Positions 12,340-64,000 of a stretch of 64,000 nucleotides of DNA are shown here, piece after piece. The notes beneath the pieces were generated by a model, which worked only from the letters and a program-made list of their open reading frames with translations, was not told the origin of the DNA and did not search any database. The translations under genes and the position numbers were made by a program. Position 1 is the first letter of the stretch. Every line of letters starts with the position of its first letter. The DNA comes from Tubiluchus corallicola (taxonomy: Eukaryota; Animalia; Priapulida): NCBI GenBank assembly GCA_030141605.1, contig JAQGDQ010000743.1, forward strand, positions 1 to 64,000. Direction: 5' to 3'.

Positions 12340-12780
12340 GTCCCACAGGTCAAAATCGTTGTGAGTAGTGTCCCACTGGTCAAAACCCGTATACGTAGTG
12401 TGCCATTGGTGAAAATCGTTATGTGCAGTGTCACACTGCTCAAAATCATTCTAAGTCGTGTCGCACTGGTCAAAATCATTCTAAGTAGTGTGCCATTGGT
12501 CAAAATCGTTCTAAGTCGTGTCGTACTGGTCAAAATCATTCTACGTAGTGTGCCATTGGTCAAAATCGTTCTAAGTCGTGTCGCACTGGTCAAAATCATT
12601 CTAAGTAGTGTGCCATTGGTCAAAATCGTTCTAAGTCGTGTCGCACTGGTCAAAATCATTCTAAGTAGTGTGCCATTGGTCAAAATCGTTCTAAGTCGTG
12701 TCGCACTGGTAAAAATCATTCTAAGTAGTGTGCCATTGGTCAAAATCGTTCTAAGTAGTGTCTCACTGGTCAAAATCATG
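12340..12780. repeat. 30-bp minisatellite (~15 units) with 60-bp dimer structure
   Basis: Alternating ctaagtcgtgtcgcactggtcaaaatcatt / ctaagtagtgtgccattggtcaaaatcgtt. Confidence 0.95.
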
Positions 12781-13712
12781 CTTATGCAAAGTGCGTTACA
12801 CGCGTGTTCTCAAAATTGGCGAGCAAGGTTGAGCTTTTTAACACGATGAAAATTTCGTTGTAGATAACTGACAGGCAGCTTTTAAACTTTCAGATTTCAA
12901 TTCACGGTTACCTTCGCGAGATGACCGAAAGACAGACAACCATTAACGAGTTTACGAAAATGTCTATGCATTATAATTTTTTAATACACACGGCGAACAA
13001 GTAAACTCTACTAGAAACGCTTATGTAATAGATTCATTTTCAGTTAGAGTATACAAAACAAGACAACTATGTTGGCTTCGTCTTGTAATAGTAAAGTTGG
13101 TACTAGCTTTAATGATGATGTAACGTTGAGCTTTTATCATATTAAAGGAAAAAACTGAAATTTTTGCAAAGTTGTTTAATCGTTTTATGCAATCATGGCA
13201 GCGTTAAATATGTAAATGAAATTTCTTGAGTTGATTAACTGTCGATAAACATCTCTCGAGCGGATTGGTCTTGTAAAAATTAAGTAACTGTCAGTTTTTT
13301 TTGGAAAAAATGATGAATCCGTTTGCTCGAGAGAAGCCATGCGCGGCGCCTGTACAGTTCTTCTTACCATAATTACAATGCATATGAGCTAGACCCAGGC
13401 TGGTATTGTTTCTTCCAAACTCCACTGTCATCTAATATAGAACTGGGTAGTTCTATTCGGAAATCACTCATCCTAGCTCTAGCTAGAGTAAACTAGAAGT
13501 CTCTAGTGGGGTATGTGATAAATAATGACATGCCGACCCCCTGCTATGACAAGAAATTACCAAAACCCCCTTATTATGATTCATAATCATAATACTAGTT
13601 CTGATTAATTCATGTAAATTACGTAAGCCTGGCAGGAACGCAAACCAAGGCCAAAATATCTTAACAGTTATAATAGCTTTCTTTCATTCTGCTTAACTTA
13701 GAGGGTAGAGTG

Positions 13713-13899
<187 letters not shown>

Positions 13900-14369
13900 C
13901 GCTGGGAATATACGGTGGTTGACTACGGGTTGCTTTGTGACAGCCAGTGAATAACATCTCTACTTAAAAGTCTACATTGTTTTGAGTAGTATGATGAGCG
14001 CAGCAGGCATACGGAAGGCTGTTTATGTAATTATACTGAGCGAATGCTAAACATATTGGGTTGGCTGAAACCAAAGCCTTTCTCTCAAAGACAAAGTATG
14101 CTGGGTTGCCTTGTCTATCATCTAGTTGGCGGCTAGCAATCTGTCGCTAGTATCCACAGCGAAGTCTTTGTGCAAAAAATAATTGTCCTTTATGCTACAA
14201 TGAAAATGAAAAAATGGCCAACTTACAGAAATCGTTACAAAATGAGATAGACGTAACGTAAACAATTCGTTTGTGGAACAGTCTTATGTACGAGCTTATT
14301 GCTGTGCAGTTTCTATCTTAAGCATATTGCTTCTTTACAACACTGTTCATACTGTTTGTGATCGAACAA

Positions 14370-14705
<336 letters not shown>

Positions 14706-15634
14706 CACAAAGATGGAGTAATCATTTTGTTACTTGCTTAGTGACATAATTCTTAAAATTAAATAAAATGTAAGAAAATAGTTAAAATTTATTCAAAAGC
14801 CATTAATTTTATACGTCACTAAGCTATGGTTTCGCAAATAGCTGTTAAAGGAAATATCCAATATTTCGTGTTCTTCGAGAAAGTTCTGTGCTGCAATTTT
14901 TGCGGCTATTGATACTTTGGCATCATTGCTACAGTAAGTGTGCGTAATGGCCACTAATCTGGGTAAATCGTTCTTAAATGACTGCTTATTCCTACAACCT
15001 GCCCAACCTGCACCGCAATTAGTGTCATAATCTTGGAAAATGCTTCCTTTTGCCCTGGCTGCCTGTATAATCAAGCGACTCATTTTGAAAAATACAAGTT
15101 CCCGTAATTTAATCGATTTCTAGTGCATGTATGGGATGTGTTAGTAAGAAGCCATATAATCTTGCCCTTCTTGCCCTTTGAAAAGTTAATTTGAGCAGTA
15201 AAGTGTACAATAAGTTAGTTTGATTTTTTTTCGGCTAGCGTATTTCTCACACGCATGCTACCCCTTTCAAAAATTGCTCATCGAAATCACTGTAATTCTT
15301 GCTCGAAGTCTGCAAAAAATAAACGAATAATGAAGCCAGGTAGCTTAGAAGCTTATATAACGAACGTCGTAGTTGTAGCTACATGTAGCTTGATTAAAGT
15401 GTTGTAATGTGATTACAATCTGGAAAAATTACAACCATTTGATTGACATAAAAGCAAAGTGCATCATTTAGTGTGAAGCATCTGCCCAACCAAGAGGAAC
15501 GCGAATCTTGGTTATTCTGTCTGCTGTTAATTTAACGAGATCTGTTTAACCAAACCAGGACGATTTTCCATATCCTACCTGGTGATGAAGTATGGTAAAA
15601 AGTATACATTTTAACACTTCTAACAAAGTGTACA

Positions 15635-15977
15635 TTTTAACTGTACCACAGCAATGTGTCTTTATTACAACATTTATGACATGTGTGTAAAACAAAGCCA
15701 TCTGCCACTTCAGTTCAGTAATATCATTTGTTTTTTTACGTGGAATTCACTTAATTATGCATTAGTCTGTGCAAAGTGTGATTTACTAGCAGAATCTTGC
15801 TAGGGAATAAGAAAAAAATGAACTAGGTAAGGTTCTAGCTAGTTGTTAAAACTGTTACTATTACAACAGCATGGGCTGCGAGGCGTTGTCAAGTGTACAC
15901 AAATGTGTTGTCTGGTGCACTTAACCTTTGACCTTTTCACGATCATCATACATCACTGGAACTGTGAGAAGGGTTAT
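15635..15977 (-). mobile_element. MITE family A, partial
   Basis: Shared internal sequence; ends ggaactgtgagaagggttatt. Confidence 0.8.
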
Positions 15978-16534
15978 TTGTAACATTTTATACAGTCGGC
16001 AGGCAGTGGATCGTTTCTCAGCTTTGCTTGTTTTCGTTGCCCAACGATATACAATTGCTTTCAATCAGTTGGCATTCGTCTTTTTTGCAAAAATGTCATT
16101 CCAGAGCGCGTTATTCGGCAAACAGAGATCAGCCTAGTTGAACGGAGACGATTGAAGCGCAAAGCGCACGGGATATTGGGTAACACGATAAAGCCAATCA
16201 AGCTCAGCGGTAAAGTACGTTTGTATAGCGTTCGATGAATGTTATATATCAACAAAATCGGATATGTAAGGAAACAGCTGGTGCTTGAACCGTAGTCCTC
16301 CGAGCAGTAATTACCAGCGAGTATGGGTCAAGTAGTGTCGAGTTAATAATTATATTGAGGATGCTGATGACGGTAATGAACCGGACAAAACCTATAAAAC
16401 TGGGTAATGAAGCGAGGCGCGCTACGTACAGGATGGCGTAAAAATTTAAGCCACCAAATTGGAAATGAGAATTTTATTTATATGTAAACTTTGGAATTAT
16501 CAAACGTGATAGGCAGTGGCTTATCAAAAATCAG

Positions 16535-17167
16535 AATAAGCCTTTTTACAGTTCCAGCGATTGATGATCGTGAAAAGGTCAAAAGTTAAGTGTACCAGAC
16601 AACGCATTTGTGTACACAAGGCAACACCTCGCAGCCCATGCTGTTGCAATAGTAACAGTTTTAACAGCTAGATAGAACCTTACCTAGTTCATTTTTCTTG
16701 TTCCCAAGCAAGATCCTGCTAGTAAATCACTCTACGCACAAACTAATGCATAATTAAGTAAAGTCGACGTAAAACAACTGACGTTACTGAATTAATGCGG
16801 CAGACGGCTTTGCTTTACACACATGCCACGTGACGGTTGTAGTTAAGACGCCTTTCTGTGGTGCACTTAACCGTTGACCTACAGTAATTTGAAATTTGAA
16901 TTTTTATTTTAAAACTTGTCGAGGTTTATTACAACACACTGAATATCTTACAGTAGCACTGTACTTCAATTTTCACTCTCGCAAACGCGTGCAACACGCT
17001 CGTGAAATATTTTTCCTGTTGAAAATTATGTTAGTTTGTGATTAAGATTTTAATCTATTATTTAATTATCAGAAACGCTTTTGCAGTATTAATTATATTA
17101 AAATGTATACTTTTTATCGGACTTGAAAATGGGGTAGTATATGAAAAATCATCCCGTCTTCTTTTAA
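16535..17167 (+). mobile_element. Chimera: MITE A (16535-~16886) fused to the 3' half of family B (~16886-17167)
   Basis: Family A sequence switches at 'gacctacag|taatttgaaattt' to family B sequence ending atcccgtcttcttttaa. Confidence 0.75.
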
Positions 17168-17525
17168 CCAAGTTAAATGCAATTTTGTAGTCGAGTCTTT
17201 CAATCTGAATTACCAGTATTTTTATAATGGGGCACTTTATTTATTTCCAGACTTCTTTGCTGAAATGTTTCAAATTCGACTTGTTAGTTTATTCAGACAT
17301 TGAAAGAGCATAAATTAGATTGCAGACATACACAATGGATCATTTATGGAACCCTACAATGCTTCATTTATCAATGAAATGAAATTCTGCAAGATTTTCT
17401 GTGACTTTGTCTTCACTCCCCAAGAAGTCTGGATTGTTGAATTTACAGTGTCTGCGTGATAATGTTCAGAGTTGCATTTTTATTGATTTTTTGAGCCCTT
17501 GTGGTGAGGTTTGTCTGACAGTTTA

Positions 17526-18064
17526 TTAAAGGAAAACCGGATGATTGTGTAAACATTAGTTCAAAATACGGTATGCTCTAAAATATTGAAAACTACAACA
17601 ACTTTTTTAAAGTCAAAACTTAGATTAAGTAATAATTACCTCGGATAGTTAAATTTTGTTAAACTTTTAAAAATATGCGCGGCTCAGCGAATCCACCAAG
17701 ATTGGCAGCGACATCTTTTTGTCACATGCGCGTGCCCGACCAATAGGCGCGGTACCATGATAAGCATGATCAAAACTGTAGTGTTCGTCTGAAGTGATAT
17801 AGAGCTCATTTTCGTGACATCACCTCAGTGTTTTATGACAATCTTCGCTAACTCAAACGTGTTTGACGTTTAGGGAAGATGCCTACCATTGCACAAACCT
17901 TGGTGAGTTTATGACGTAAGGGATAGCTGTGTTCGGTTGCCGTTAATTAACCTTCCGAAGTAATTATTCAAATACTAGAAACAATTGCTAACTTTTATAG
18001 ACATGAAAATGGACAGTAAATTAAAATGAGATTGACTCTAATTAATCGTCAGGCTTTCTTTCAA
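17526..18064 (+). mobile_element. Family C Kolobok-like MITE
   Basis: ttaaaggaaaaccggatgattgtgtaaac..., homologous to 2371-2936. Confidence 0.78.
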
Positions 18065-18619
18065 GAGTTTGAGTCTTACTCACAGGCTTCCACAGTATTG
18101 TGTTGCTTTATCTAATTGGCTAGAATATAAAATATGCGGAAAAAAACAAAAAACAAAGTATAAAAGAGAGAACAAGTAGAAGTTTTTAAACTTTTCGTTT
18201 TATTTCTCATATTTCTGTTTCTACAATTTGTTTAAGCTCATCAGCAAGCTCGCGTAAACCAATATTATTTTACACCATTTGCAAATTCTTGTATTCGTTT
18301 AGGGAATCAATCTGTCTGGTCCAGTATTATAAAAATGAAATATTTATATTCCGTAGAAATAATATCCGGTATTCAGAATCAAGCGGAAATTAACATGTGG
18401 CGTCACCTGCAAGGTAAACCGTAGGAATCCTGTAAAAAGAAATTATCGAGTTTAGCAAAAATTCGTGAGCATGAATTCGACGTGTAGGCAGTTGTCAGAA
18501 CAACTGAATTTGCTTGCGTTGTCATTGTGTTCTTTCCCAACGAGCTGCTACTCTTTGGAACTCTCTGCCACTCTCACGGTTTGTTTAAAATGACAACACT
18601 CTCTGCTTCTTGACCCTTT

Positions 18620-19158
18620 ACACAATGGTCTAATTTTGGAGATTACTTAAACTTAGAGAAACACAACAAAAAAATTTGCAAAGAACTGCCTATGAAGCAT
18701 AAATTTAAAATATATTACCTCTGAGTAGAAATTTTCAGGCGTGGTGGTTGCCGCCATTCACTTGAAAATCGTGACGTAACTGGCACACTTCGTGAATTTT
18801 CGTAAGCGCATCGTGGCTTTCCGTAAACACGCGCTGCTTAAACTAATTCAAACTTTTGCAGTTTACTAATTTTCACGCAGAAATATTACAAAATTAGTTA
18901 ACTAATGTTTTTGTAAAAACTTATTATACTTTTGACGAAGACTGACAGTGCGCTGCTTTTCTTCAGCACGAATGACGTCATTGGAAGAAGAATGGACATT
19001 GAAAATGGGAGCGCTCAGGCATGAAGTGATCGCGACTGTAAAGTGATTTTACTAATTACACGAGGTGCTTATTGCAGTTTTATTACTAAATCCTTCTAAC
19101 CATTTTTGCCAACGCAGAAATAAGCTTAACCTCCTAAAAGGCTTGACTTTTCCTTTAA
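18620..19158 (-). mobile_element. Family D MITE
   Basis: Reverse complement of 35460-35996; ends cttgacttttcctttaa. Confidence 0.75.
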
Positions 19159-19271
19159 GTATTTTAATGTTGATTTCCGATGTGGTCCCATCGTCATGTT
19201 TTGCTAAAAATGTTTACTTTATGCGTATGTTTACTTTTTTGTTTACTCACTTATTAGTTTTTTGTGTTTAG

Positions 19272-62888
<43,617 letters not shown>

Positions 62889-63283
62889 GTACAAAATAAG
62901 TAAGAAATATGTGCCATTGTGAAGAAAAAATGCAAGTGGGAGAAATATTTTGTTTCAGTACTTTAAATAAATTAAGCAAAACAATAATAAAATGTATAAC
63001 TAAAATTTATGTACTATTGTAAATAAAAAGAGCGAAAAAAATATATTAGTTAAGTACTTTCGAAATGAAATTTGCCAGTTATTTAGAATAACTAACAATA
63101 AATAAGCTAGCATTATTTATGCCAAAATATAAGTATCTATTATAGGTTTACTATATGACTACAAACAAGAATCTTAATACAAGTATAACAATGTTTTTAC
63201 ACACTGATATGATAATTATGTTATTTAATATTTGTATTTTATTTGTATTTTATATATAATATTTGTATTTATGCTGTAGTATA

Positions 63284-63349
63284 ATGAGTGTGTGAGGGAG
63301 TGAATGAGTGAGTGAGTGTGTGAGTGTGTGTGACTGAGTGTGTGTGTGA

Positions 63350-63448
<99 letters not shown>

Positions 63449-63572
63449 GGTGTGAGTGTGTGTGTGTGTGTGTGTGCGTGTGTGTGTGTGTGTGAGAGTG
63501 AGTGAGTGAGTGAGTGAGTGAGTGAGTGAGTGAGTGGGTGGGTGAGTGAATCAGTGAGTGAGTGTGTGAGTG
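63284..63572. repeat. (GT)n/(GAGT)n microsatellite
   Basis: Direct reading. Confidence 0.95.
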
Positions 63573-63705
63573 TTTTGATTTGATTTAATTCTTTATTTCA
63601 AACATAAGTTCATATTATAATTTATATAGATACAACATACAACATCATAAAAACAAAAAACCAATACAAACAAATCACACACAAACTTTTAGATAAACAT
63701 GAAAA

Positions 63706-64000
63706 TTACAATAATAGTCTCCACCATTGCTGTCCTATGTGCGATGTAAATTTAGTATCGCTTACTAAAATTTTCTGGCACATTAACTTATCACTAGAAT
63801 GAAATCTTTTCATTAAACTTAAGACAGATTTTCTACGTAATACATCAAAATACATCACGTGAATTTCAACACTCATCTCACGAGCACTGTAATCAATTGC
63901 ATATCCAAAAAATAATATTTTTGACACATTGTGCGCAATTTTGAGTTTTAAGATATTACAATTATTAAAACGTTTCCAGGTAGACATGCAATAGATTGTA
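63706..64000 (-). pseudogene. Probable LINE ORF2 C-terminal fragment
   Basis: LKIAHNVSKILFFGY...SAREMSV...FDVLRRKSVLSLMKR resembles LINE RT C-termini. Confidence 0.45.

Noticed and set aside
13991-14069. C/D-box snoRNA candidate (ATGATGA...CTGA)
   Set aside because: No terminal stem and no recognisable rRNA antisense element.
16364-16392. ctgatga-cggt...accg-gaca hammerhead-like motif
   Set aside because: GAAA is replaced by GACA and there is no convincing stem I or III.

Overview
Eukaryotic (protostome-like invertebrate) AT-rich genomic DNA, not prokaryotic. Most of the window is one + strand Dscam-family gene. I reconstructed 22 GT-AG, phase-compatible coding exons (19272-62888, 3828 nt, about 1276 codons) encoding Ig1-Ig9 and FNIII 1-4; the gene continues past the window end. 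I saw no Drosophila-type arrays of alternative exons. A candidate signal-peptide exon lies at about 1851/1864-1900; if it is real, an intronless CHST-type (Sulfotransfer_2) sulfotransferase gene (7151-8167, minus) is nested antisense in the first intron. The introns are packed with MITEs (a ~390-bp family with at least 14 full or partial copies, four TTAA-flanked Kolobok-like families, and hAT-, Tc1/pogo- and Harbinger-like singles), decayed LINE fragments, microsatellites, and 30-bp and 40-bp minisatellites. The most unusual non-coding signals are minimal hammerhead-ribozyme motifs: a 92-bp tandem array of four antisense copies plus one inverted sense copy just downstream of the FN1a exon (50498-50944), and one copy inside a 430-bp foldback (5173-5603). 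Most ORFs in the supplied track are artefacts of microsatellites or repeats. All coordinates were read by eye, so repeat boundaries are approximate.
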